In this document: piece by piece, positions 34,806 through 48,119 of the stretch
Layout: each line of letters begins with the position of its first letter
Numbering within the stretch: position 1 is the stretch's first letter
NCBI RefSeq assembly: GCF_046119375.1
Contig: NW_027362765.1
Coordinates: 95,976,001-96,040,000, forward strand
Source of the DNA: Phyllobates terribilis
Taxonomy: Eukaryota
Length of the DNA: 64,000 nt
Direction: 5' to 3'
Program-made: the position numbers and the translations under genes
Notes under the pieces: model-generated
The model's input: only the letters and a program-made list of their open reading frames with translations
Database searches by the model: none
What the model was told of the DNA's origin: nothing

Positions 34806-36675
34806 TTTTGTGCCCCTCTTCACATGCATAAAATTCGGAAAGGGGGGTAATATGGACTCCAGATATTCTGGTGATTATCCGACCCCCATCCCCCAGCACA
34901 AGTCAATCAGGAGACTGGAGGTCAGCCTCTAATCATGTGAGGCACCATGTCTTCCAGTGCAGCTTGATTTCGCCTCCTTTATTTAACCCCATCTATGCTG
35001 GAGACTTCTCCAAGCCCTGCTCAGATCTAACCTTCAATAATAGAGGCTCCATAAGCTGATCCCAATAATGAGTAGAAAAAAGGCCCCCCTAGTGCTTGGA
35101 AGGGCATGGCGCCCAATGAGGCTCTAGCACTTGACTGCAACATGTGAATAAGGCTGGAGAACACAGCAACTCTACCTGTGATATAGGTTACCACTGCTAT
35201 ATCACTGTTACCACAGCTCCTAAAAATGCAAAATTGCACCTGCTTTGGAGGTATAAATGGGCCCCTTACCTCTTGGGCCCCTGTGTGGCCACACAGGTTG
35301 CACCAATGATATGGTCGCCCCTGGATCTGTCAAGAAATCCCTATGGTCTATTGTTTTCAGATTTCTGAAAACCCTGTCCCCTAGGTGCAGTTTATTAAAA
35401 TGACAAAAATAACCCCTGCGTTTACTCACCCTCCCCTAGTCCAGCGCTGAGTCTCTGCCACAGGAATCCGTTACTGACTGCAGCCAATCACTCAGCTCAG
35501 TGGCTCATGACGTCAACTCAGGCAGAGCTGCTGAGCTCAGTGATTGGCTGCAGACAATAACAGACACCAAGAGCAGTGGGGCGGGACTCACGGCTGGACC
35601 CAGGGATGGTGAGAAAAGCAAGTGTGTTTTTTTTTTCTTCTTAAACTGCGGTCAGGGGAAGGGATTTTCCGAAACAGAAAAGATTGGATTCACATGCAAA
35701 ATTTTGCACTGTACTAAAAACTGAGTGAGAAAGGGCGAGTGTCTCTGTGACCGTAAAACTGCCTAGGTGACACAATTGTTCTTGATGTTGGCATTTAAGT
35801 GGTTAAATGGTCAGTACAGGATTATCATTAGAGGAGGCTCATCTTCTGACAAGTCTTGATCATTTATTATATATTATTATGGCATGGGTCGCAATGCAAG
35901 TTGGTGCAACCGTGACAGGCAAATCGCAAAAAAGATAATTATTTTGTATTTTTGTGACTTGGTGTCACAGTCCTGGCTGCGTAGCACCAGCCTCAGGGAG
36001 AATTTTTTTGCCCTCTCAATTAGTTTTTAATCTGAATGTTTTATATGGTCAGTATTTGATGAATTTTTTACCTCAGTATTTGTAAGCCAAGACCAGGAGA
36101 GGAACAATCAGAGGAAAAGTATAATAGAAACACGTCACCAGTTCTGTATTTATCACCCACTCCTGGTTTTGGCTTACAAATAGTGAGGTAAAAAACTGAC
36201 CAAATACTGAACGTGTGAACATGGCCTTACAATCCAAGCAAAGTGGGAGTGATTTCATGAAAACCCCTGCCCACCATGCGTTCAAAGATGCTGTGTGACT
36301 ATGATTTTTTTTTGGTGTATTTTTATATGCACAATTAAAGGTTATCTACACAAAAAAAAAGACATTAAAAACGCTGCTTCAAATAGGTATGAAAAACACA
36401 CCCAATAAAGGGAAAAATGCAGCAAAAACGCAATAATCAGACAGAATTGTTTGGCCGTGTTTTTGTTGCGTATAAGTTCTGGGGTGGGTAGTGGGTAGAG
36501 GTTGTCATGAAATGAACATGGCCTTATTGCGTATTTTGGAGTGGACACCTGCAAAAAAACATGCAAATAAAAAGCTGCAGAAAAAAATGCAGCATTTATA
36601 TTACATGTTAACATGGCCTAAAGGATTTATTTAAATCTCGCACCCAATATGCTGTTTTTTTTATGCTGTGTAAAC

Positions 36676-37742
36676 TGATCTGCAGTGTGATCTGATCTGA
36701 TCACTGATCTACGTTCTGATCTGATCACTGATCTACATTCTGATCTGATCAATGATCTGCGGTGTGATCTGATCACTGATCTACTGTCTGATCTGATCAC
36801 TGATCTGTCGTGTGATCTGATCACTGAACTGTCGTGTGATCTGATCACTGAACTGTCGTGTGATCTGATCACTGAGCTGTCGTGTGATCTGATCACTGAT
36901 CTGCGGTGTGATCTGATCACTGAACTGTCGTGTGATCTGATCACTGAACTGTCGTGTGATCTGATCACTGATCTGCCGTCTGATCTGATCACTGATCTGC
37001 CGTCTGATCTGATCACTGATCTACCGTCTGATCTGATCACTGATCTGCCGTCTGATCTGCGGTCTGATCTGATCACTGATCTATGGTGTGATCTGATCTG
37101 ATCACTGATCTGCCGTCTGATCTGATCACTGATCTGCCGTCTGATCTGATCACTGATCTGCTGTCTGATCTGATCACTGATCTGCCGTCTGATCGGATCA
37201 CTGGATCTGCCGTCTGATCTGATCACTGATCTGCCGTCTGATCGGATCACTGGATCTGCCGTCTGATCTGATCACTGGATCTGCCGTCTGATCTGATCAC
37301 TGATCTGCCGTCTGATCTGATCTGCCGTCTGATCTGATCACTGATCTGCCGTCTGATCTGATCACTGATCTGCCGTCTGATCTGTGATCTGATCACTGAT
37401 CCGCGGTGTGATCTGATCACTGATCTGCCGTCTGATCTGATTACTGATCTGTGGTGTGATCTGATGACTGATCTGCGGTGTGATCTGATGACTGATCTGC
37501 GGTGTGATCTGATGACTGATCTGCGGTGTGATCTGATCTGATGACTGATCTGCGGTGTGATCTGATGACTGATCTGCGGTGTGATCTGATCACTGATCTG
37601 CGGTGTGATCTGATGACTGATCTGCGGTGTGATCTGATGACTGATCTGCGGTGTGATCTGATGACTGATCTGCGGTGTGATCTGATGACTGATCTGTGGT
37701 GTGATCTGATCACTGATCTGCGGTGTGATCTGATCACTGATC
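36676..37742. repeat. TGATC-based minisatellite (about 24-bp unit tgatctgatcactgatctgccgtc and variants)
   Basis: Direct inspection; yields low-complexity ORFs (VIRSDGRS)n. Confidence 0.95.
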
Positions 37743-38999
37743 TGCAGTGTGTTTTTTAAATCTGCAGCATGTCAGTTTCTCTTGTTATTGATGTGTGTTT
37801 TATTTCTGGATTTTCCCCATGTGCTTGAATGAGATGCAGAAAATCTTCATTTAAAAAAACGCGCTAGTGGTTTTATTGCGTTTTCGCAGCGGAAAAACTA
37901 AGTAAAAACACATGTAATCTGTACATGATCAAAAAGAGACAAAAAACGCAGCAGGAAAAACACACGTGACTTATTGGCTAAATGGTGCAGAAAATCTGTA
38001 GCATAAAAACCGGACCAAATACTCATCGAGGGAACTTCGCCTTAGAATATGCTGTCAGTTGTTGGAAATGGTGAACGGGTCCCCTCCTACTCCCGATGAC
38101 CAGCGGCTTACTGGAGACCTCCGTGTCTGCCATGTTTGGACACCTATGAAGCCCATGGGCTTTAATCAGTAATTTTACCTTAGGCCACGGTCCCCACTAT
38201 CAGTATTTGGTCAGTATTCGGTCAGTATTTTTTCTCAGGAGTGAAAGCCAAAACCAGGAGTGGGTGATAAATGCAGAATTGGTGACTTGTTTCTATTATA
38301 CCTTTTCTCTGATTGTTCCTGGTTTTGGCTCCCACTCCTGAGAAAAAATACTGACCAAATACTGATATTGGGGCTGTGGCCTTTCTCTGCAAGATTACAA
38401 TGAGTCGCGATCCAATACAAAATAGTGCTAAAAAATATGAAAAAAAATCAAATTAAGGTCCTTATCACCCTCTCCCTTTTACTGGACAGTAAATAAAGTC
38501 TAAAAAAAACCCCCAAAAGAACATATTTGGTGCTGCCGCGTGTGAGACCGTCCAAACTAATAAAATATTATCATATTTATCCTATACGTTAAAGACCTAA
38601 AGAAAAAATAAATCGCTGTTTCTTTGTCACTTAGCCCCCCCCTCCCACACACAAAAAAAAAAGAAATAAAAAAATCAAGAAGTTGATCGATCCCCAAAAT
38701 GGTGATGATTAAACTCCGTCTCGTACTGGGAAAAACAAGCTCCATGGACGATTATTCACAGTGCGGGTTCCAAATTCAAAAGTGAAAAATGCGACAAAGA
38801 TTTGAGGTCGATTTTGGAGCGGAATTTGAGCCAAAATCCTTTTGACATTTTGTCAGGGGTAAGACGCCCTAAATAGAGGGGTACAGCGGGGTCAGCATTA
38901 TTATGGCGCAGGGAGCAGGACATGTAGGGGACTTTGCTGGTGGTCAGGGAGCAGGGCAACATTTACTGAGGGCATCAAAATCAGTGCCCAGGAAATGTC

Positions 39000-39370
39000 A
39001 TCCCCAGAACCCTCATGTGTCACTAGGTGGCGCTCTCTCTATCAAGGCGGAACATTCCAAGCCGGAACCTTGTGATCTGGGATGTGACACCGGGGGGGAA
39101 GCTGAGCGAGGTGACACCAGTGCGCAGAACCGGCCGGTTGGAGCCGTTAGAGGCCGGGAATACCCGGAGGTAATCGCGGTGTGAGGCGGAGGAGGAGGCA
39201 GAGGAGCGACAGACATGGCGGAGAGCATGGTGAGTGGCTGAGGAGGAGGAGGAGGCGGCGGCGGCCGTGTGTGAGGAGCCGGGCGGGGAGAGCAGGCCCA
39301 GAAATAGTGTCATGTCATGTGTCATCACTGCCGGCTGCACCGGGCACAGACACAGTGGGAGGTGCACAGC
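39000..39370 (+). promoter_or_regulatory. GC/CpG-rich NPLOC4 promoter and first-exon region
   Basis: Locally high CpG, GGA/GGC runs, ETS-like CGGAA motifs surrounding the start codon. Confidence 0.55.
39215..39229 (+). CDS. NPLOC4: NPL4 homolog coding exon 1
   Basis: agacATG GCG GAG AGC ATG|GTGAGT = MAESM. Confidence 0.85.
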
Positions 39371-39399
39371 TGCTCACCGCGGGTATATAGCATGTAGGG

Positions 39400-39437
<38 letters not shown>

Positions 39438-39663
39438 AGAAAATGGAGGCAGCACAGCAGTCTGAATAGGGGAAAAGCTTGTGCTAGTTATTTCTCAAGA
39501 AAGGTTCTCAGCTAGAACCGAAAGGTCGCCATTATGGGCTAGTAACTGGCTCAAATTGATGTGCTGCCTCCATTATTCTCAGTTTATATTGAAGGGTTGC
39601 TCTTTAACTGGGAGGCTTGGCACCTTGACCTGCTGGTGCTTTCTATGTGTGTGTATGTATGTA

Positions 39664-39710
<47 letters not shown>

Positions 39711-40930
39711 CACACTAACATATAATGCTCCAATACTTGCAGAACGTTACTTAAACACAATATACTAACACACACTAAAGCACAGGGTCTCAATACTTAT
39801 GCACACAGATAAATGCAGTTGTGTAAGTATCAGAGCACTAGGTGTTTGTGTTTATATACACACACACACATTAGTGTGTTGTGACCTGAAATGTCAGGCT
39901 TCACAAATGTCTGTGAACTCTGATGGTGTGAGAAGCCATTTTTACACACAGATGTAATTAGTGTAAGGACCATTGTGAAGTCTGGTGACCCCCAGCAGAA
40001 GAAGCAACCTGCTCCCCTGGCATTGGGTGGTGGTGGAGATAAAGGAGGCCAGCCAGTGCCTTTGCTGTGGTCGCTGTCGGGACTCCAGTTAAATCTGCAG
40101 CCGCACGGGACATAGTGTCCTGCACAGTGCAAGAAGTGCCCAACTGCCAGACGGCGTCGTCAGTTAGGGATCAGAGGAGAGATGTCTATGGAGGATCCTT
40201 AGTTGTCAGCGATGGGAAGAGAGCTGGGGTACTTTCCTGTAAGCCTGAGGTGCTGTGGATGCCAAGGTCCTGGCTGAGAGGAGAAGTTTTAGTGCAGGTA
40301 TAGTGCTATATGCAGCGGGGGTGAGGAGAGCTGCTACGCATTGCCGGAAAAGAGCTGGATTCATCACACCATAAGGGGCTGTTGGCTCAGTGTATTGCAC
40401 CTTTTTTCAGCCAAGGACCATGTGGATATTTATACCATCCTTCGGGGGCCGTACAAATTGTGCCCTAACTCCGCCACAAAGTAAGGCTCTCAAAACACAG
40501 CTGCCAGCCCAAGCAATGTGGTCCCCAAGAATCTGCCTGGGGGCCGGAGAAATGGCTCGCGGGCCTGAAGTTCCCCATCCTTGGTGTACTGAATAACTGT
40601 GGAGAGCTGTAACCATCATCATCAACTCCTCCCATAAAAGCGAGTTTTCTTCCTGTTGCACCTGAGGCCTGGACATTGCTTATTGAGACAGGCTGATCCT
40701 GCATCCTTTCCACAACTTTCCAATTTTTATTTTGCTGAGGACGGCCCACCGGCCGACGAGGCTGCCATTATGCCCCGACTTGGTGGAGGCAGACCCAGAT
40801 TATCATATATATATTATACATAAACATGTAGACACAGCTGTACAGACAATATATATACACATATAATTATCCAGTTCTGACAGAACTCTTTATATGTGGG
40901 TTATTTATATTAGTGGTATACATGTAGCCA

Positions 40931-42790
40931 CAGTTGAAACCAGAAGTTTACATACACTATATAAAAATACACATTTGAATGTTTTTCTCAATATCTGACA
41001 TGAAATCAGAATAAACCTTTCCCGTTTTAGGTCAATTAGGATTACCATAATTTTTAATATTTGCCAAATGCCAGAATAATGAGAGAGAGAGAGAATGCTT
41101 TAAGGCATTTTTATTACTTACTGCAAAGTCAAAAGTTTACATACATTTCATTAGTATTTGGTACTATTGCCCTTAAACTGAATGACTTGGGTCAAACATT
41201 TGGGATATCCTTCTACAAGCTTCTCACAATAGTTGGTTAGAATTTGGGCCCATTCCTCCTGACAAAACTGATGTAACTGATCCAGGCTTGTAGGTCGCCT
41301 TGCTCTGGTGTAACTGATCCAGGTTTGTAGGTCGCCTTGCTCGCACCTGCCTTTTCAGCTTTGCCCATAATTTTTCAATAGGATTGAGATCAGGGCTTTG
41401 TGATGGCCACTCCAAAACATGGACTTTGTTATCCTTAAAGGGGTTGTCCACTACTTTTACATTAAAGGGGTTGTCCACTACTTTTACATTTTAGGATAGG
41501 GCATCAATGTATGATCGTCCGGGGTCCCGAATGAGGCACCCCCGCCAATCAGCTGTTATCTGTGACGGCAGCCGCCGGCTGAGAGTGCTCACCTGCGGGG
41601 CTCCGCCGTCAAGCAGATCAATGTAAGAGTAGTGGACAACCCCTTTAAGCCACTTTGATACTATTTTGGCAGTATGCTTCGGGTCATTGTCAATTTGGAA
41701 GACCCATTTCCGCCCAAGCTTTAACTTCCTGGCTGATGTCTTGAGATGTTGCTTCAGTATTGCCACATAATCTTCTTTTCTCATGATGCCATCTATTTTG
41801 TGAAGTGCAGCAAAACAACCCTACAACATGATGCAACATGATGCTGCCACCCCCGTGTTTCACAGTTGGGATGGTGTTTTTAGGCTTCTAAGCTTCTCCC
41901 TTTTTCCTCCAAACGCAACGATGGTCATTATGCCCAAAAAGTTCAATTTTAGTTTCATCATACCACAGGACATGCCTCCAAAAATTAAGGTCTCTGTTCC
42001 TGTGTGCATTTGCAAACATTAATCTGGCTTTTTTATGTATCTTTTGGAGTAATGGCTTCTTCATGGGAGAGTGGACTTTTCAGCCCATGTTGTTACACTA
42101 CTCGTTTCACTGTGGATATTGACACAATCTTACCAGCTTCCGCCATCATCTTCACAAGGTCTTTTGCTTTTGTCCTTGGGTTGATATGCACCTGTTGGAC
42201 CAAAGCACGGTCATCTCCAGGACACAGAACCCGTCTCCTTCCTGAGCGGTATGATAGCTGGATATTCCCATCTTGTTTGTACTTGCGTATAATTATTTGT
42301 ACAGATGATCGAGGCACCTTCAGGTATCTTGAAATTGTACCCAAGGATGAGCCAGACTTGTGCAAGTCCACAATTCTCTTCCTGATATCTTGGCTGATTT
42401 CTTTAGACTTTCCCTTGATGCTACACAAAGAAGCAGTGTGTTTCAGGTGTGCATTAAAATACATCCACAGGTGTGTCTCTAATTAACTCAGATGTTACCA
42501 AAAAACTATCAAAAGCTTCCAAACACGTGACATCATCACATGAGCAGTCCAGAATTGTTTAAAGGCATAGTAATCTTAGTGTATGTAAACTTTTGACTTT
42601 GCAGTAAGTAATAAAAATGCCTTAAAACATTCTCTCTCTCATTATTCTGGCATTTGGCAAATATTAAAAATTATAGTAATCATAATTGACCTAAAACGGG
42701 AAAGGTTTATTCTCATTTTATGTCAGATATTGAGAAAAACATGAATATGTGTCTTTTTATATAATATACGTAAACTTCTGGTTTCAACTG
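40931..42790 (-). mobile_element. Decayed Sleeping Beauty-like Tc1 element with nested TTAA MITE
   Basis: TIR cagttgaaaccagaagtttacatacact; peptide KSKEISQDIRKRIVDLHKSGSSLGTISRYLKVPRSSVQ...SGRRRVL closely resembles SB transposase N-terminus. Confidence 0.88.
41440..41644. mobile_element. Short TTAA MITE with duplicated left end
   Basis: ttaa|aggggttgtccactacttttaca (twice) ... gtagtggacaacccct|ttaa; host Tc1 resumes after it. Confidence 0.75.
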
Positions 42791-43141
42791 TGTGTGTGTG
42801 TGTGTGTGTGTATATTTGTATGTATATGTGTATGTATATATATATATATCTCTTATGATGCCCAGTTACTTAGAAAACGCTGTGCATATTTATTAATTAA
42901 TGATATACATGTAGTCACAGCTGTACAGACTATATATACATTGCTCAAAAAAATAAAGTGAACACTAAAATAACACATCCTAGATCTGAATGAATGAAAT
43001 ATTCTCATTGAATACTTTGTTCTGTACAAAGTTGAATGTGCTGACAACAAAATCACACAAAAATCATCAATGGAAATCAAATTTATTAACCAATGGAGGC
43101 GTGGATTTGGAGTCCCCCCCCCCCCCCAAATTAAAGTGTAA

Positions 43142-43981
43142 GGCTGTGTGCCCACGTAGCGTTTTTCAAGCGTTTATGCTGCGGATTTTCCGCAGCGGAA
43201 ACGCTTGTGAAACGCTAGGTAATCCGCACCCCATGGTCCCCAAGGGGATTCCGCATGTTCTATGCACATGCTGCGGATTTTTCCGCAGCGTTTATGCTGC
43301 GTACAAAAATCCGCAGCATGTCAATTAATTTTGCGGAAGCGCAGCGGAACTCCCGCCATTTACTTGCATTGAGACGCACAGAAACCGCGACTGTACATTT
43401 TTACAAGCGGCTTCTATGCGTCTCTATGTGCGGATGGTACCCAGTTCTGGAGGAGAGGAGACTCTCATCCAGACCTGGGTACCATTGTACCTGTAAAAAA
43501 AGAATAAAATAACAAATAAAGTTTATACTCACCTGTCCGGAGGCTTCTCTCTGAATGCCAGCAGCGCTGAAGGACCTTCGGTGACGTCACAGTCATGTGA
43601 CCGCAGGCCCTTCACCGCTGTGTCTCGCGATATGCCGGCAGCCGGGAACCAGACAGGAACGAGCGCTGCAGCCACGCCGGGGCCTCGGGGGTGAGTATAG
43701 CTTTATTTGTTTTAATTTTTACGGTTCACACTGTATAAATCCATGCTGTTTGCATGGATTTATACAGTGTGACCTAGTTGTCAAGCACTTTCCAAGTGAT
43801 GCTATCGCCTGGAAAGTGCTTGTCAATCTGCATGCGGAAACGCATGTGAACCCGCATGTGGATCCGCATGTATTCTGCAGGAAAAACGCATGCACAATCT
43901 GCATGCGTTTTTTTCTGCCAGGGAGATGCAGAAATGCTGCAGAAATTTTCTGCTTCATTTCTGCATCGTGGGCACATAGCC
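43142..43981. mobile_element. Harbinger-type MITE (family copy 2)
   Basis: TAA|ggctgtgtgcccacg ... cgtgggcacatagcc|TAA. Confidence 0.85.
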
Positions 43982-44048
43982 TAAAAAGACACTACAGGCT
44001 GATCCAACGTTGATGTAATGTCCTTAAAACAAGTCAAAATGAGACTCA

Positions 44049-44886
44049 GGCTGAGTTCACACGATGCGTATTTAATGCGTTTCCGCGGTTGTGTAAACGC
44101 CGCGAAAACGCATGGTAGAAGGACAGCAATGTTCCCCAATTGAAATCCGCATGTGCTGTGCCCATGATGCGGATTTTTCCGCAGCGTAAACTCTGCGCTC
44201 AAAAATCCGCAGCATGTCAATTAATTTTGCGTAAGCGCGGCGTTTTCGCCGCCATTGACTTGCATTAGAACGCGCCAATTCCGCAAGACTGCATCTGTAC
44301 TTGCGTAATTGGTGCGTTCTAATGTGCGGATGGTACCCGGGTGTAGAGGAGAGGAGAGTCTCATCCACACCCAGGTACCATTAAAAAAGCTGTAAAACAA
44401 GAATAAAATAAAAAATATATATATACTTACCATCTGTCGGCCCGCGCAGCGCTCCTGCTTGGTTCTCGGCACTTGCAGTGAGTTGAAGGACCTGCGCTGA
44501 CGTCAGAGTCATGTGACGGGTCACGTGACGCTGACGTCGGCAGGTCTTTCAATTCAAAGTTGCCGGCAAGGGAGAACGGTGTGAGCAGGACAGCGCGGGC
44601 CATCAGAGGGTAAAGTATACATGTATTTTTTATTTTTACCATTCTCTCGGGTCACACTATATAAATCCATGCTGTTTGTATGGATTTATATAGTGTGACC
44701 TAGTTGTCAAGCACTTTCCATGTGATGCTAAAATCGCCTGGAAAGCGCTTGTCAATCCACATGCGGAAACGCATGTGAATCCGCATGTATTCCGCAGGAA
44801 AAACGCATGCACAATCTGCATGCGTTTTTTCTGCCAGGGAGATGCAGAAATGATGCAGAAATTTTCTGCATCGTGTGCACATACCC
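44049..44886. mobile_element. Harbinger-type MITE (family copy 3)
   Basis: ggctgagttcacacgatgc ... gcatcgtgtgcacataccc; imperfect TSD TCA/TCC; Tc1 resumes on both sides. Confidence 0.8.
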
Positions 44887-46156
44887 TCCGTATTGTTTGT
44901 GGCCTCCACGTGCCTGTATGACCCCCCTACAACGCCTGGGCATGCTCCTGATGAGGTCGTGGATGGTCTCCTGTGGGATCTCCTCCCAGACATGAACTAA
45001 AGCATCCGCCAACTCCTGGACAGTCTGTGGTGCAACGTGACGTTGGTGGATGGAGCGAGACATGATGTCCCAGATGTGCTCAATCGGATTCAGGTCTGGG
45101 GAACGGGCAGGCCAGTCCATAGCTTCAATGTCTTCATCTTGCAGGAACTGCAGACACACTCCAGCCACATGAGGTCTGGCTTTGTCCTGCATTAGGAGGA
45201 ACCCAGGGTCAACCGCACCAGCATATGGTCTCACAAGGGGTCTGAGGATCTCATCTCGGTACCTAATGGCAGTCAGGCTACCTCTGGCGAGCACAAAGAA
45301 ATGCCACCCCACACCATTACTGACCCACTGCCAAACCGGTCATGCTGAAGGATGTTGCAGGCAGAAGATCGCTCTCCACGGCGTCTCCAGACTCTGTCAC
45401 ATGTGCTCAGTGTGAACCTGCTTTCATCTGTGAAGAGCACAGGGCACCAGTGGCGACTTTGCCAATCCTGGTGTTCTGTGGCAAATGCAAAGTGTCCTGC
45501 ATGGTGTTGGGCTGTGAGCACAACCCCCATCTGTGGATGTCGGGCCTTCATACCACCCTCATGGAGTCGGTTTCTAACCGTTTGTGCAGACACATGCACA
45601 TTTGTGGCCTGCTGGAGGTCGTTTTGCAGGGCTCTGGCAGTGCTCCTCCTGTTCCTCCTTGCACAAAGGCGGAGCTAGCTGTCCTGCTGCTGGGTTGTTA
45701 CTCTCCTACGGCCTCCTGCACGTCTCCTGGTGTACTGGCCTGTCTCCTGCTAGAGCCTCCAGCCTCTGGACACTACGCTGACAGACACAGCAAACCTTCT
45801 TGCCACAGCTCGCATTGATGTGCCATCCTGGATGAGCTGCACTACCTGAGCAACTTCTGTGGGTTGTAGAGTCCGTCTCATGCTACCACGAGTGTGAAAG
45901 CACAACCAACATTCAAAAGTGACCAAAACATCAGCCAGAAAGCATTGGTACTGAGATGTGGTCTGTGGTCCCCATCGGCAGAACCACTCCCTTATTGAGT
46001 GTGTCTTGATAATTGCCAATAATTTCCATATATTGTCTATTCCATTTACACAACAGCATGTGAAATTGATTGTCAATCAGTGTTGCTTCCTAAGTGGACA
46101 GTTTGATTTCACAGAAGTTTGACTTACTTGGAGTTATATTCTGTTGTTTAAGTGTT

Positions 46157-46296
46157 NNNNNNNNNNNNNNNNNNNNNNNNNNNNNNNNNNNNNNNNNNNN
46201 NNNNNNNNNNNNNNNNNNNNNNNNNNNNNNNNNNNNNNNNNNNNNNNNNNNNNNNNNNNNNNNNNNNNNNNNNNNNNNNNNNNNNNNNNNNNNNNN
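46157..46296. other. Assembly gap (140 N)
   Basis: N run. Confidence 1.
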
Positions 46297-46891
46297 TGAC
46301 AGAACTCTGTGTGTGTGTATGAAAATGGCAAATCATCAAGATGTCACTTGCAGTACAGAATGGACCAGTGGTGCGACCAATTCTCCGAACACGGCAACAC
46401 CTAGCCGCATGTTGCTGATACTACTGTGTGCAGTCCGCATGGCCTAAACTTGGTACCATGGCTGCAGAGTCTTCGGACTTGTTTTCCATCGAGCCCATCT
46501 GGGACGTCATTGATTGGCAATTGCCCCAGCCCCCCTAAATCGAAAGTCACTGACTGACTTTAATAGTGTAGTTAGGGAAGGATAGGGAATTTTTAATTTA
46601 AGCATGTTAGAAAATAGTGTAGATTATGGCACTAAATGGAAAGGGTTTTAGGGTCAAAATTACTTTGGACTTCGGACAACCCCTTTAAGAAAACAACTAG
46701 ACTAGCTTGCCCTTGGTACTGTACATAGTCAGAATACCCCTTTACTTAGCATGGCTTCAGAAAGCTTAGAGAACAAGAGGGTCCCATGCTCAAGCAGGGG
46801 AACAAACTCCCTCATACATGCCCAGATATGTATACATGCATAAGTATATAATTAGTATAATATGAATGGGAATTGTACTTTTATTCTATAG

Positions 46892-46972
46892 ATCATCCGT
46901 ATCCAGTCTCCGGAGGGGGTGAAGCGCATCAACGCAAGCAAGCGGGAAACTGCTGCAACGTTTCTCAAAAAG
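46892..46972 (+). CDS. NPLOC4: NPL4 coding exon 2
   Basis: ctatag|IIRIQSPEGVKRINASKRETAATFLKK|GTTTGT. Confidence 0.95.
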
Positions 46973-48119
46973 GTTTGTCTCCTTCTCGTATTGACAGGGT
47001 ATTAATTCATTACTGCATCCATTATACACTGCTGTGCTCCCATATTGCACAATTAAAGGGATTCTCCTACTAAATGCAATAATCATTTATCCCCAGCATA
47101 GCTGATAAATGTGTGAACGCTGGGAACTCCACCGATCCGGATAACAGGGGCTACAAAATCAATAATGAGGGGGAAGTGGTAGTATGCATGCTTGTCAATT
47201 GCTCCATTCACTTCTATGGGACTGGTGGAAGTAGAAGAAGTGACTGGAGTTATAATCGTGTCATAAGTACATTCACATGGTGAATTTTGGGACTCCTGTT
47301 TTGGAGGTCACACATAGTGGATGTACCCCCAGGGTCCCACTGATTCCAGTAAGTGGCAACGTATATTTTTTGTTGTATACCTTCAGCGCAGAAATAAAAC
47401 GCATAGTGACCAGAACCAGACACGGTTAATAATTAATCTGCCTTTCTAAAGTTTACTGTGCCAATGATAGGAAGTCATTGCGGGCTGAGCTGGGTGTAAA
47501 TCACTGCCCGATCTCAGCAGGATCAGGTTACAGCCTGTACACTGCGCAAAAGCTCAATATTGGCATTGTGAATGTCACTTATTTATTGTGTTTTATTTGT
47601 ATTTTTGTTACATTTAATAACCTTAATGTTTTTGCTCCATAATATATATATTTTTTTACTCATGCACTTTCTTTTTATTTTAGCGCTATACTTTTGTGTT
47701 CTATTTTGTATTTATATCTCGGTTTATTTTATTTCCTGTTTTATCAGTTAATGAGTTTGGTATATAATTTTATATTTGCAAAAAATTTAGATTAAATAGT
47801 ATTTGGCAAAAGTTCTGACAAATCGTTGAGCTCTGGGTTGCCAGAGGCGAACGGCTGCACGCTTTACTCCATTGTCTTTTTATAGGTCTACAGGGAGAGC
47901 AGGGTCACTGGTATATAGATTATATACTGTCTGTGAACCCATTTACTACTTTCCCAGGGGAGCTGAAAAAGCCAATCAGAGTTTACAGGCACAGCGTTCA
48001 GCCGATCGCTCTCTGTGTTTTCTACCTACTTTATTGTAATCTTGTATCTGATGGTAGTAATAAGATGCCTGCTGAAATGTGCGTGGGAGCGTGCCACAGG
48101 ATGTTGGCCTCAACTGAAA

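Larger units (their letters stand above)
42939..46156 (-). mobile_element. Decayed Tc1 (same family as 8606-18757) carrying two nested MITEs; 5' end lost in gap
   Basis: TIR cattgctcaaaaaaataaagtgaacact; remnants [21 protein letters not shown]. Confidence 0.88.

Noticed and set aside
36627-37759. Long low-complexity ORFs (VIRSDGRS, MTDLRCDL repeats)
   Set aside because: Translations of the TGATC minisatellite.
46330-46540. Possible additional Tc1 remnant (SIEPIWDVI-like)
   Set aside because: Too degraded, with no TIRs visible, to call as a feature.
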